In this document: positions 1-8,022 of the stretch, one piece after another
Position numbering within the stretch: position 1 is the stretch's first letter
Layout of the letters: every line of letters begins with the position of its first letter
Virus record (IMG/VR): IMGVR_UViG_3300027607_000117
Location: 1-55,219 of that record
DNA length: 55,219 bases
Strand: one strand, 5' to 3'
DNA from: a virus
Taxonomy: Duplodnaviria > Caudoviricetes
The notes under the pieces: model-generated
The model's database searches: none
What the model saw: only the letters and a program-made list of their open reading frames with translations
What the model was told of the DNA's origin: nothing
Made by a program: the position numbers and the translations under genes

Positions 1-423
1 CTATCTGGACCTCAGTTGCCGAATTGTGTCGAGCACTATTACAGTTTTTTCCGCACCTTCTGGTGTCTGGTCCCAGATTCTCCGCACGGAGGCCTCCAAC
101 TTTGCCCATGACGCGTCAGACCTTGTGGCCTGTATTGTGACGGTCTCCGGGACAAAGGCCTCAATGAGGCGCTGCATCTCCGCAGCTGAGATGTAAACAA
201 GTCGGTTTTTGACAAAATCGTAGGCGGTCCCGCGATCTTCTTGATCGAACTGCTTAAGCCAGATTGCAAGGTTCTCGACGAAACGGGAGCCGGCGCGAAA
301 ATCGCTATACCCGTCATATTTCGTAGCGGCCATCAGGCGCAGCCAATTAAATTCGCGGGTCGCGACATCGGGGTCGTTCCAACCCATGATTTCAGAGATG
401 AGAGTGAGACCAATCTTATTCAT
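1..423 (-). pseudogene. N-terminal fragment of a PRTase-like conflict/defence protein (PRTase-CE-like), probably truncated; lies outside the att core
   Basis: KYDGY..F..GSRFVENLAIWL.QF..EDR..AYDFV..RLVYIS.AEM resembles the N-terminus of a PRTase-like family I recall as much longer; here it stops at 140 aa. Family assignment from memory. Confidence 0.45.
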
Positions 424-682
424 TAACTGGCTTATCGATTTGTATCAATTGTGGCGCTGCAAAGTATGAATGTCTCGTGCGCACTAATACTACCATAGCG
501 ACTGTGCCAACATGGAGCCAGTTTGCGGTAGGGACTGTGAGCCTGCACCACTCGCATACCTCGGAGGGCCAGGTGTGTCACGGTTTGAAGAATTCGTCGG
601 CTAGGTGCACCGTCCCGAGGCGTCGCTTTCTGACGGTGGTTGCGCAGTGGATGCGCAACATAAAATGGGAAGAGCTAATTAG

Positions 683-727
683 TGGTGCCGCCGGGGTGAA
701 TTGAACACCCGACCCCACCCTTACCAA
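683..727 (-). repeat. att core (attR or attP): 3' half of tRNA-Thr(GGT)
   Basis: Minus strand reads TTGGTAAGGGTGGGGTCGGGTGTTCAATTCACCCCGGCGGCACCA: anticodon loop, T arm and CCA, but no 5' half upstream; just downstream of the integrase stop. Confidence 0.9.
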
Positions 728-749
728 AGTCGGGTTTGATGCCGTGATA

Positions 750-1805
750 TCAACCACTTGCCTTCCTTCCCCGAGTTTTTCCCCGGCCATTCTGCGCCAC
801 TTCCAGCTTGCCGAGGAAGTCTTTAGCGCGCTCCGGCGCCTGAGCATAGCGCGCTGTCGACTTCTCGCTGAGCCAAGAACCGGCATCCTTGATATCTCGC
901 GAGTGTGCCCCGAGCTCGCGTAGCAGACTGCCAAACTCGTGCCTTGCCATGTGAGGTGTGAACGCGACTCCCAGCTTCTTGCAGAGCGGGCGCAGCCAGT
1001 CGTAGACCTGGTGCCGGTCGTTCCATGGAAACACCCTGCCATTGGGCCGATTGAGGGGCAAGCGATTGGCCAGGGCCTCGAACACGGCATCGTGCAAATG
1101 CAACCGCTGCCAAACCTTCGTCTTGTTGACCCAGAGGTCAACGGTCCGCTCGGGGAGATTGATCTTGTCCTCGCGCAGGCTGAGCGTTTCCGTGATGCGC
1201 CATCCCTGGCAGAACAGCACGAGGATGAGTAGCCATTGATCCGCCTCGGTGTTCTTCAGAAGCAGCTTCGCCGCCTCCCTATCGGGCCTGCGGATTTCCG
1301 GTTCCTTCTCCGGCAGCTTGCGGATCACCACGTAGTCCCGCAGCCGGTTTTCCGCGGCAAAGTGCAGGACCGAGGCCGCCGTCGTGTAGCCTTGCCGATT
1401 CTTGGTCTCGTTGGTGCAACCGGGCCACGCGGCGTTTGACGCTTCGGCAACATGCAGCGGCAGCACGTCCCCGATCGCCAGGTCCCCGAAGTAGCAATTC
1501 TCGGACTTCACCCAAGCGCCCGTCAGCCGTTTGATATAGCGCTGATCGTTCGCCGAGATCCCGCGCGCTTCGGCGTAGCTGTCCGCTACTTCGCCCCAGG
1601 TTTTCACCGCTTTCGGCCTCTCAGGCTGACCACTTTCCCGGATTTCCCGTTCGAAGGTCCGAACAGCCTGTCTAGCAGTTCGCGCGTTTGTCGCCGGGCG
1701 TCCTTCAGCGTCCCTGCAGACGAACTCGTATTGCTTTCCCCCGACCGACCCCTTGGCGACGTAATACCTGTTCCCCTTCCGTGTGCCCGGCGGGTAGATG
1801 CGCAT
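750..1805 (-). CDS. int: Tyrosine recombinase / phage integrase
   Basis: GWRITE (catalytic R), PHMARH (HxxR), TARY (catalytic Y); adjacent to tRNA-derived att. Confidence 0.95.
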   Translation of the reverse strand: MRIYPPGTRKGNRYYVAKGSVGGKQYEFVCRDAEGRPATNARTARQAVRTFEREIRESGQPERPKAVKTWGEVADSYAEARGISANDQRYIKRLTGAWVKSENCYFGDLAIGDVLPLHVAEASNAAWPGCTNETKNRQGYTTAASVLHFAAENRLRDYVVIRKLPEKEPEIRRPDREAAKLLLKNTEADQWLLILVLFCQGWRITETLSLREDKINLPERTVDLWVNKTKVWQRLHLHDAVFEALANRLPLNRPNGRVFPWNDRHQVYDWLRPLCKKLGVAFTPHMARHEFGSLLRELGAHSRDIKDAGSWLSEKSTARYAQAPERAKDFLGKLEVAQNGRGKTRGRKASG

Positions 1806-1984
1806 ACCAGAGCCTCCCTAATCTTGCTCGCCTGCTGGTCAGTGAAGAACAGCTTACCGTTTCCTTTGCCCTTGCTGTAGCCCAGATCTTTCAGCACCCG
1901 GCGCAACGTCCGGTCGCTCACAGGCACGCTCGCCAGCAGTTCCTTGAACGTGATGAGACGGGGCAGGGGAGCGGGGCCGGTCAT
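1604..1984 (-). CDS. xis: Excisionase-like HTH protein overlapping the integrase 5' end
   Basis: LITFKELLASVPVSDRTLRR HTH-like N-terminus directly upstream of int; Ser/Thr/Gly-rich tail overlaps int by about 200 nt. Confidence 0.65.
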   Translation of the reverse strand: MTGPAPLPRLITFKELLASVPVSDRTLRRVLKDLGYSKGKGNGKLFFTDQQASKIREALVCASTRRAHGRGTGITSPRGRSGESNTSSSAGTLKDARRQTRELLDRLFGPSNGKSGKVVSLRGRKR

Positions 1985-1988
1985 GGGC

Positions 1989-2579
1989 TTAGTTGCGGTA
2001 CTGCGCGTTGACGAAAATGTTCAGCCGCCGCTCGAGGTCCGCCACCAATTCCTTGAGATCCTTGACCTCGCTCTGGAAGGCAGCAACCTCGCTTGGCGGC
2101 TTGATATCGCCATACGCCTGGCGCCTGAGCGTGCGGATGACGTCCACCGCGATGCCCGTCTCGTCCGAAATCTTCTGGTCCGAGTAGCCGTTCAGGTAGC
2201 GGCCTACCTCTTCCCGGAAGTGCTCGTCCAGCAGGGAATAGATCTGCCGCTGTTGGCGCGGATTGGGAAGATGCCCCACAGGCTGCGCGCTCGCCTTGGC
2301 TGTCGGCATTTTGGTGATCTTGCTCATGGGGTCGTTCACCTCCTTCGGCTTGTTGCGGCAATGCGGGCAGACAACCTTCTTCCGCCCAAGCTTCACGTCC
2401 CAGCCGTGCGCCTTGAACTTCTGGGCCAAGGCTTCGGGCGGCAGGGATTTCGTCTGTGTGAGGGTCTCTTGCCGGTCGCAGATCGAGCACAGGAGCGTGG
2501 CGACACTGCGCGTCACGCCGCCCGGCTGGACGGTCCCGGAATAGGTGATCGGGGCGGCTTTGCTGCGGGCGACGGTCAT
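1989..2579 (-). CDS. Hypothetical protein with CxxC...CxxC zinc ribbon and C-terminal HTH/coiled coil
   Basis: CSIC and CPHC pairs; YSDQKISDETGIAVDVIRTLR; ATG at 2579 coupled to the upstream stop. Confidence 0.7.
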   Translation of the reverse strand: MTVARSKAAPITYSGTVQPGGVTRSVATLLCSICDRQETLTQTKSLPPEALAQKFKAHGWDVKLGRKKVVCPHCRNKPKEVNDPMSKITKMPTAKASAQPVGHLPNPRQQRQIYSLLDEHFREEVGRYLNGYSDQKISDETGIAVDVIRTLRRQAYGDIKPPSEVAAFQSEVKDLKELVADLERRLNIFVNAQYRN

Positions 2580-2686
2580 GCTGCGGCCTCCCGCTTCTTG
2601 CGCGCGTCGAAGTAGCGCTGCCTGAGCTCCCGCCACTCCGGGTCCTTGCCGAAAGCGGCCCGGTTGGGATTAGTGGGGGTCCTCAT
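2576..2686 (-). CDS. Small hypothetical protein (36 aa)
   Basis: MRTPTNP...REAAA; ATGA coupling on both sides. Confidence 0.5.
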   Translation of the reverse strand: MRTPTNPNRAAFGKDPEWRELRQRYFDARKKREAAA

Positions 2687-4110
2687 GGCCGATGTCCTTC
2701 CGGGAAGTCGTCCGGCCCCCGATAGCGGTTGCAGCCTGAGTCGAACCACAGCTTGACCGTTCCTGGCCGACCGATCGAATTCCAGTAGCGCGACTTCTGC
2801 ACCCGGATTTCGGTGTTGGTTCCTTTGAAATTCCCGTCCCGGTCGACGTCGCGCCACACGGCGATGCAGACGTCAGGCTTGTTGTACCAGTGAGCACTGC
2901 CCGAGATATCGTAGGGCGTCGGACACTTGAGGCGCGATCCAGGGTGGGGCTTGGACGGGTGAGCGACGACGATCAGCGCGATTTGCAGGCGCTTTGCCAG
3001 GTATTTCAGTTCCTTGATCGCCTTGCCTGTGTACTCGGTTTCGCTTTCGTGCCGGTCGCGGTCGTGGTCAAGTTCGTTCCAGGGATCCACGACGACGAGC
3101 TTTGCGCCGTAGCGCACTGCCGCGGTTTCGATCCGCTCCAGCACGTAGTCGAGGGTCACGAGCTGGTCCTCATGCGCGGTGATGAAGACGAAAAACCAAT
3201 CGATCCAATCGTCCGCTTCGCTGGCCAAACGCTGGAACAGCGCGCAGTCTTCGGGCGCCTGGGTCCGCCAGACACGCAAGGCGGTGCGGTGCTCAGTCTG
3301 CGGCGGCTGCTCGAAGGACGCGATGGCGACCGTCCAGCCGTATTTCTCGACCACGCGGCAAACGACATCGTTGAGGAAGGTCGACTTGCCGTGGCCGGGG
3401 ATGCCGTACACGACGATGAAATCGCCGAGCCGGATGTTCCAATGCGGGTCGAGTTCCTGGATGCCGGTCGAATAGGCCCGCGTTGCCGGCAGGGGCGGCA
3501 GGTCGGAGAGCTTGCCGATTCCCTTGATTTCGTAGGGCTTGGGATTGTTGAGCAGCGTGGTGACGCCGCCCGCCCCGCTGGTCTGCAGGACCTCGTTCAG
3601 GTCCTTGCAGTTCGCCGGGTACTCGACCCAGTAGCAGCGCGAGCGCCCGATGGCGTTGGCGATCCGGTGGGCTGCCCGCACGCCCGGTTCGTCGTCGTCG
3701 AGTGCCAGGATGACACGCTCGCACTGCCGCAAGGCCCCGCGTTCCCGCTCCAGCCAGGGCCAGGAGCCTTGGTTGTCCGAGTTGTCGCCGCCATTGGGAA
3801 CCGATAGCGTGCGCGGAAAGCCGCATTGGATGGCCGCGAGCGCATCGAACTCGCCTTCGGTCACGATGACCGGCGCGTTCTTCAAGCTCGGATCATAGAG
3901 CGCGTCCACGTTCCACAGGCAGAGCTCCGCGCCTTCGCGCATCGAGAACCGCTTTTCCGAGAGGTTGCGGTACTTGGTGTTGACCTCGTTTCCCTCGCGC
4001 CGATAGGGGATGGCCAGACGGTCACCGGTAACGCCCCATCCAAGACTGCTGGCGATTTCGGGATCGAGACCGCGGCCCTCCAGAAACGTGATCGCCGCTT
4101 CGTTCAGCAT
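2683..4110 (-). CDS. Twinkle/T7 gp4-like primase-helicase (TOPRIM plus SF4 helicase) lacking the zinc-binding domain
   Basis: VIVTEGEFDALA and LALDDDEPG (TOPRIM); GIPGHGKS Walker A; VVVDP Walker B; VAHP and YDISGSAHW helicase motifs; SD GGAGAG. Confidence 0.92.
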   Translation of the reverse strand: MLNEAAITFLEGRGLDPEIASSLGWGVTGDRLAIPYRREGNEVNTKYRNLSEKRFSMREGAELCLWNVDALYDPSLKNAPVIVTEGEFDALAAIQCGFPRTLSVPNGGDNSDNQGSWPWLERERGALRQCERVILALDDDEPGVRAAHRIANAIGRSRCYWVEYPANCKDLNEVLQTSGAGGVTTLLNNPKPYEIKGIGKLSDLPPLPATRAYSTGIQELDPHWNIRLGDFIVVYGIPGHGKSTFLNDVVCRVVEKYGWTVAIASFEQPPQTEHRTALRVWRTQAPEDCALFQRLASEADDWIDWFFVFITAHEDQLVTLDYVLERIETAAVRYGAKLVVVDPWNELDHDRDRHESETEYTGKAIKELKYLAKRLQIALIVVAHPSKPHPGSRLKCPTPYDISGSAHWYNKPDVCIAVWRDVDRDGNFKGTNTEIRVQKSRYWNSIGRPGTVKLWFDSGCNRYRGPDDFPEGHRP

Positions 4111-4309
4111 GGCGCTCTCCTTGCCCGCCCTTCCAGCCGCAGTTGTGGCAGCGCCAGAGGACCGCGTCGTGCGTGATGGTCACCGAAAGGCAGGGGTCTC
4201 GTTTGTGTTTGCGGGTGTGCGAGCATTGCGGACAGGTGGTCTTCTGGTTGCCGGGACTGGTGCGCTTCAAGTGGATGCCGAGGTCATGGAGGATCTTCGG
4301 GACGTTCAC
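4022..4309 (-). CDS. Stand-alone primase zinc-binding domain (Twinkle type)
   Basis: CPQCSHTRKHKRDPCLSV...WRCHNCGWKG; immediately upstream of the TOPRIM gene in a different frame. Confidence 0.85.
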   Translation of the reverse strand: MNVPKILHDLGIHLKRTSPGNQKTTCPQCSHTRKHKRDPCLSVTITHDAVLWRCHNCGWKGGQGERHAERSGDHVSGGPRSRSRNRQQSWMGRYR

Positions 4310-5051
4310 GCTCCACCTCCTTCAGCCGATTCGCCAGATATCCGTAGACATTGCCGGGCCGGTCGCGCACGGCGCTGTCGATCTGCTCCAGGATGTCGGC
4401 GGCAAGAAACTCCTTGAGCAGGCCGCCGATCATGCCGCGCGCCTTCTTGGGCTCGATGTCGAAGTTGTCGCAGAGCGCCGTCAATCCACCACCCCAAAGC
4501 TCGTCGAGTTGGGCTTGCGCGGGACCTGATTTTTGAGGCGCGTGATTCTTATTATCAGGCTTACTCTCTGGCTCTGGCTCTGGCTCTGGCTCTTTGGTTT
4601 CGATAGGGTTTGGGTAACGGTTCGGGTAACCGTTTGGAAACCGTTCGCGTAACCGTTCGGCTAACGGTTTGGGGAACCGTTCGAAATCGGCTAAAAACTG
4701 CGATAAAACGCGGCAGCGCGGCAGAAGTGCGATTGCTTTCATAGCCGCCTTTGCAACGTTTGGGTTCTCGATTGTGTTGTGCCCCCACCAGCCGCGCACC
4801 CAGGTCAAAAAAGTGGTTTCATCGCGCTCGATGAAACCCTTCGACAACAGTTCCGAAACGGTTTGGGTAACGGTTTCGAAACTGTTTCCGAGGTCCGACA
4901 TGATGTAGCCGTCTGGGAGAACGAAACACCCCACCGCGTTGCCATGCGGACAGGTCAGAATGTAGAGCCAAAGCATCTGTGCTTTCGGACTGAGGCTTTT
5001 GAATTTCCGGTTCTGCCAGATGGTGGTTTCTATCCGTCCGAACTCGCGCAT
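4284..5051 (-). CDS. Phage replication initiator (lambda O-like)
   Basis: IW...KFKSLS..AQMLWLYILT.PH N-terminus, low-complexity middle with iterons, (EP)n linker; upstream of primase-helicase. Confidence 0.8.
   Translation of the reverse strand: MREFGRIETTIWQNRKFKSLSPKAQMLWLYILTCPHGNAVGCFVLPDGYIMSDLGNSFETVTQTVSELLSKGFIERDETTFLTWVRGWWGHNTIENPNVAKAAMKAIALLPRCRVLSQFLADFERFPKPLAERLRERFPNGYPNRYPNPIETKEPEPEPEPESKPDNKNHAPQKSGPAQAQLDELWGGGLTALCDNFDIEPKKARGMIGGLLKEFLAADILEQIDSAVRDRPGNVYGYLANRLKEVERERPEDPP
4613..4683. repeat. Putative replication origin iterons
   Basis: Six tandem 11-12 bp units with an AAC(C/G)GTT core inside the initiator gene; three related units near 4853-4890; (CTCTGG)x4 at about 4566-4592. 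Confidence 0.75.
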
Positions 5052-5287
5052 CACGCCCCCCTCAAGCCGAGCGTTTCGATTAGTCCTTCGGCCTGTTCCG
5101 GCGTGACGACGCCCGCCTGAGCAGCACGGACTATGGTCCGTTTCTGCCATCGCGGTGACTGTCCAACGCAGATCGTCACCATGAACTCCAGGCGCGCGCG
5201 GCGGCGCTCCAGCAGCGCTGTCGGCGCTCTCAAAGTCGTCGTTGTTTTTGCCCGCGAGAGATTGTCCAAGGGGTGGGCCTCGCTCAT
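5051..5287 (-). CDS. Hypothetical protein (78 aa)
   Basis: ORF coupled to the initiator start. Confidence 0.6.
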   Translation of the reverse strand: MSEAHPLDNLSRAKTTTTLRAPTALLERRRARLEFMVTICVGQSPRWQKRTIVRAAQAGVVTPEQAEGLIETLGLRGA

Positions 5288-5345
5288 TCTGCGGCGACGT
5301 CGGCAAAGAGGCCGGCGTCCTCGGCGTTTGGTCTGGCCAGAACTG

Positions 5346-5354
5346 TGATATACT
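5346..5354 (+). promoter_or_regulatory. Extended -10 promoter for a leaderless endonuclease mRNA
   Basis: TG-A-TATACT ends 7 nt before the ATG at 5362; no SD sequence. Confidence 0.6.
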
Positions 5355-5361
5355 GACGGCC

Positions 5362-5904
5362 ATGGCTTCTGATATTGAGTGGGCTTGGCTCGCTGGTTTC
5401 GTTGAAGGCGAAGGTACGTTTCAGGCGGTCGCAGAGCGGCGAGTCCATATATACCCGCAACTGGCAGCGACTAGTGTCGACAAGCCCTTGCTGATCCGAT
5501 GTCAGCAAATCGCTGGCGGGAATGTATGGGGGCCGTTTGGCCGCGGACACATCAACAATTCGAAATGGCGTCCTGCCTTTCGATGGCAGGTTCGAAGCAG
5601 CACTTTGGAAACGGCGATTGCCTGCATGCTTCCGCACCTCATCACGAAAAGAGAGCAGGCCGAGATATGCTTGTTGATGCGACGTTCTACCATATTGGGC
5701 TCGGTGAAAGGTCACTTCGGTCGACCGGTCTTGACTGAGGAATTCAAGCATTGGCGCCTCCAGCTCCGCCTTGCGGTAATGGCGCTGAATCGTCGCGGCA
5801 CTCGCCCGCTTTCTCTGGTGGAGCAGGCTGCTGTTGACTTTGCCCGTCAGGCGCTAGCGCAACCTGAGAAAACATTCCCGCATCCGTTTCAATTCGTTGC
5901 TTAG
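5362..5904 (+). CDS. Free-standing single-motif LAGLIDADG homing endonuclease
   Basis: WLAGFVEGEG motif, FRWQV and LPHLITKREQA; antisense to the surrounding operon. Confidence 0.88.
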   Translation: MASDIEWAWLAGFVEGEGTFQAVAERRVHIYPQLAATSVDKPLLIRCQQIAGGNVWGPFGRGHINNSKWRPAFRWQVRSSTLETAIACMLPHLITKREQAEICLLMRRSTILGSVKGHFGRPVLTEEFKHWRLQLRLAVMALNRRGTRPLSLVEQAAVDFARQALAQPEKTFPHPFQFVA

Positions 5905-7144
5905 CCATTCGAGCATATGATTCATTTAGCTCGATCAGGATGGCGTTGCGGCCCAACCGATCGGCGACAAGCCCGACGGTCCCCGCACCGCCGAAGGGAT
6001 CTAGGACTGTGCCGCCTTCCGGGCAGCCCGCCTTGATGCAGGGTTCCACCAATGCCGGAGGGAAGGTGGCGAAGTGTGCCTCGGAAAAAGGCGCGGTCGC
6101 GACAGTCCAAACGTTGCGCAGGTTGCGGCCCTGATCGCGTGGGAAGTCATCCAAGGTGGCGTGATTGCTGTCGTACTTCAGGTGGCGTGGCGGGTTGCCG
6201 CGCTTGCGCTGGTCCTTGTTGTGCTCGATCGCCGTGTGCTTGCCGTCTCCGGTTGGGCAACCGGAGACGGGCTTTCTCATGTGGTCAAATGACTTGGCTA
6301 TTGTTTGGTTGCCTGGCCCGCCATCGGCCCACTTGTGATCGTCACTGCGCCCCCTAGCGTAGCGCGCGTGCGTATCTGGGGAAGCTGACACCTTCACCGC
6401 TTCGTGGTCGTAGTAGTAGTCAAAACCCTGCCAACGGTTCCGTTCCTTCCCGTTGACCGTGACCTTTTCAGAGAGATCGGGGCTATAGGACCATTCCAGG
6501 GTGTCGCGCGCGCGCCATAGTTGGGTGCGTCCGGATTTCGCAAGCAAGAAAATATGCTCATGGGCGTTGGTAGGCCGATCCTTGATGCTCTCCGGCATCG
6601 GGTTGGGCTTCACCCAAATGATGTCTGAGCGGATCCACCAGCCGTCGGCCTGCAGCGCCAAAGCGACGCGCGCCGGCATCATGGCGAGGTCCTTGGGCTT
6701 CAGCGATCCGCCTGAGACAATCCTGCCCCCCGGCGTCGCCTTGCTGTTGTGCCTGTTGTTGCCCCGAAAGCCGCCGCCCCTGGATCCGCCTTGAGGGTCA
6801 TAAACAGCGCCGACAGTCGAGAAGGGCTTGTCGCGGAAGGTGCGGTCATCCCCGCCGGCCGCCTTGGTGTCCTTCGCGCTGCGGCCGTTCGGGCTGGTCG
6901 CGTAGCAGTCGCCGTAGTTCAGCCAGACCGTGCCGTCCTTGCGCAGCACGCGGCGCACTTCGCGGAAAACCTCCACCAGCCTGTCGATGTGCTCGCCCAG
7001 CGTTGGCTCAAGACCGAGCTGCCCGTCGACGCCGTAGCAGCGTAGCCCCCAGTATGGCGGCGAGGTGATCACGCAATGGACGGACTCGTCCGGCATGTTG
7101 CGCAGATGCTCCAGGCAGTCGCCGATGCGGATCTCGACTGTCAA
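5744..7144 (-). CDS. DNA amino-methyltransferase (beta class, probably m4C)
   Basis: TSPPY catalytic motif precedes the VLDPFGGAGT SAM-binding motif; HFATFP; IIWVKPNPMPES. Confidence 0.93.
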   Translation of the reverse strand: MTVEIRIGDCLEHLRNMPDESVHCVITSPPYWGLRCYGVDGQLGLEPTLGEHIDRLVEVFREVRRVLRKDGTVWLNYGDCYATSPNGRSAKDTKAAGGDDRTFRDKPFSTVGAVYDPQGGSRGGGFRGNNRHNSKATPGGRIVSGGSLKPKDLAMMPARVALALQADGWWIRSDIIWVKPNPMPESIKDRPTNAHEHIFLLAKSGRTQLWRARDTLEWSYSPDLSEKVTVNGKERNRWQGFDYYYDHEAVKVSASPDTHARYARGRSDDHKWADGGPGNQTIAKSFDHMRKPVSGCPTGDGKHTAIEHNKDQRKRGNPPRHLKYDSNHATLDDFPRDQGRNLRNVWTVATAPFSEAHFATFPPALVEPCIKAGCPEGGTVLDPFGGAGTVGLVADRLGRNAILIELNESYARMAKQRIETDAGMFSQVALAPDGQSQQQPAPPEKAGECRDDSAPLPQGGAGGANA

Positions 7145-7236
7145 TTCGGCGCCCCCAATTCACGGTAGACGGCGCGCAAGAGCCGGTCGGTTTCGTCGCC
7201 GGGTTTGCGCGCGTAGACGTTGTTCACGCCGTTCAT
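7141..7236 (-). CDS. Small hypothetical protein (31 aa, MNGVNNVYARKPG...)
   Basis: Read by hand; SD GAGG, stop overlaps the TTG start of the methyltransferase. Confidence 0.45.
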   Translation of the reverse strand: MNGVNNVYARKPGDETDRLLRAVYRELGAPN

Positions 7237-7499
7237 GCGCGCCTCTTAGCTATGAATGAAGCGGCACCGGCCGCCGAAGCCACAATGGCACCTCGGCGAC
7301 CGGCCCTCTCTCCACTTCACAGGTGTTTGGGATTTAACTCGGTTGGGGGCGACCCGTCGGTCGCCCCTCTGCTTCATGTGGCGGGACGGCGAGCTGGACT
7401 CCGCGTTTCCGCGCCGCAGACCGCGCGGGCGTTGCTCATAAGCTGCCGGGGGTCTTGCGAGCCGTACCGGACCGCCCCTCTCGGGTATAACGGGATTGT

Positions 7500-7571
7500 T
7501 AGCGGGGGGCGGATTCGAACCACCGACCTCTTGGTTATGAGCCAAGCGAGCTACCGCTGCTCCACCCCACA
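7500..7571 (-). tRNA. tRNA-Met(CAT), initiator-like; CCA not encoded
   Basis: TGTGGGGTGGAGCAGCGGTAGCTCG CTTGG CTCATAA CCAAG AGGTC GGTGG TTCGAAT CCGCC CCCCGCT A; 1:72 mismatch and D arm as in fMet. Confidence 0.9.
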
Positions 7572-7573
7572 TC

Positions 7574-7610
7574 AAAGAAAGCCGCGCCACCGGGTGAGCG
7601 GCAGCGCGGC
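7574..7610 (-). terminator. tR1-like intrinsic terminator after cro
   Basis: GCCGCGC...GCGCGGC stem followed by TTTCTTT on the minus strand. Confidence 0.55.
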
Positions 7611-7720
7611 AAGTGAACAGGGAGGCTTTTCGTCTGGGAGACGAGGGACGCGAAATGAGTGCGCCCCGAGCATCGAAATGCCCAAAAGAATTAATATGGC
7701 CTGCCGTCAAAACGAGGTTC

Positions 7721-7951
7721 CTAGGTTTGACGGATGAAGTCCTGGTATGTGACCTGTCCGTCGGTGATTTCTTCAAAAAGCAGGTAGATAAAAGGGTCTT
7801 GCGGAACGCGCTTGCCGGTGCGGTAGCGATAAATCTGGTTGCCATCTATCTTGAAATCCGGCCGGCCCTTCGCGTGGGCCAACTTGTTCATCTCAGAGGC
7901 CAGTTCGCCGGGCCGCTTGCCCTTCTTGCGCATCCAATCCGAAAGTGCCAT
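7721..7951 (-). CDS. cro: Cro-like repressor
   Basis: MALSDWMR...IYRYRTGKRVP...IT.GQVTYQDF; divergent from the XRE repressor. Confidence 0.85.
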   Translation of the reverse strand: MALSDWMRKKGKRPGELASEMNKLAHAKGRPDFKIDGNQIYRYRTGKRVPQDPFIYLLFEEITDGQVTYQDFIRQT

Positions 7952-7957
7952 GCTGTC

Positions 7958-8009
7958 CTGATACGGCCAGATGGCCGCAAAGTCAATAACTAATACGGCC
8001 AACATGGCC
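7958..8009 (-). promoter_or_regulatory. PR promoter and OR operators
   Basis: TTGACT-N17-TATCAG, 6 nt before the cro ATG; palindrome TACGGCCAGATGGCCGCA (7962-7979) fills the spacer; variant TACGGCCAACATGGCC at 7994-8009. Confidence 0.75.
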
Positions 8010-8022
8010 TTAGCGGGGAGCA

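Noticed and set aside
683-727. Functional tRNA-Thr gene
   Set aside because: The 5' half is missing; this is an att core.
4566-4683. CRISPR-like repeat array
   Set aside because: Units of 6 and 11-12 bp with no spacers, inside a coding frame; iterons and an EP linker explain them.
5362-5904. LAGLIDADG as an intein or intron in the methyltransferase
   Set aside because: Opposite strand, own promoter, no splicing motifs; the methyltransferase motifs are complete.
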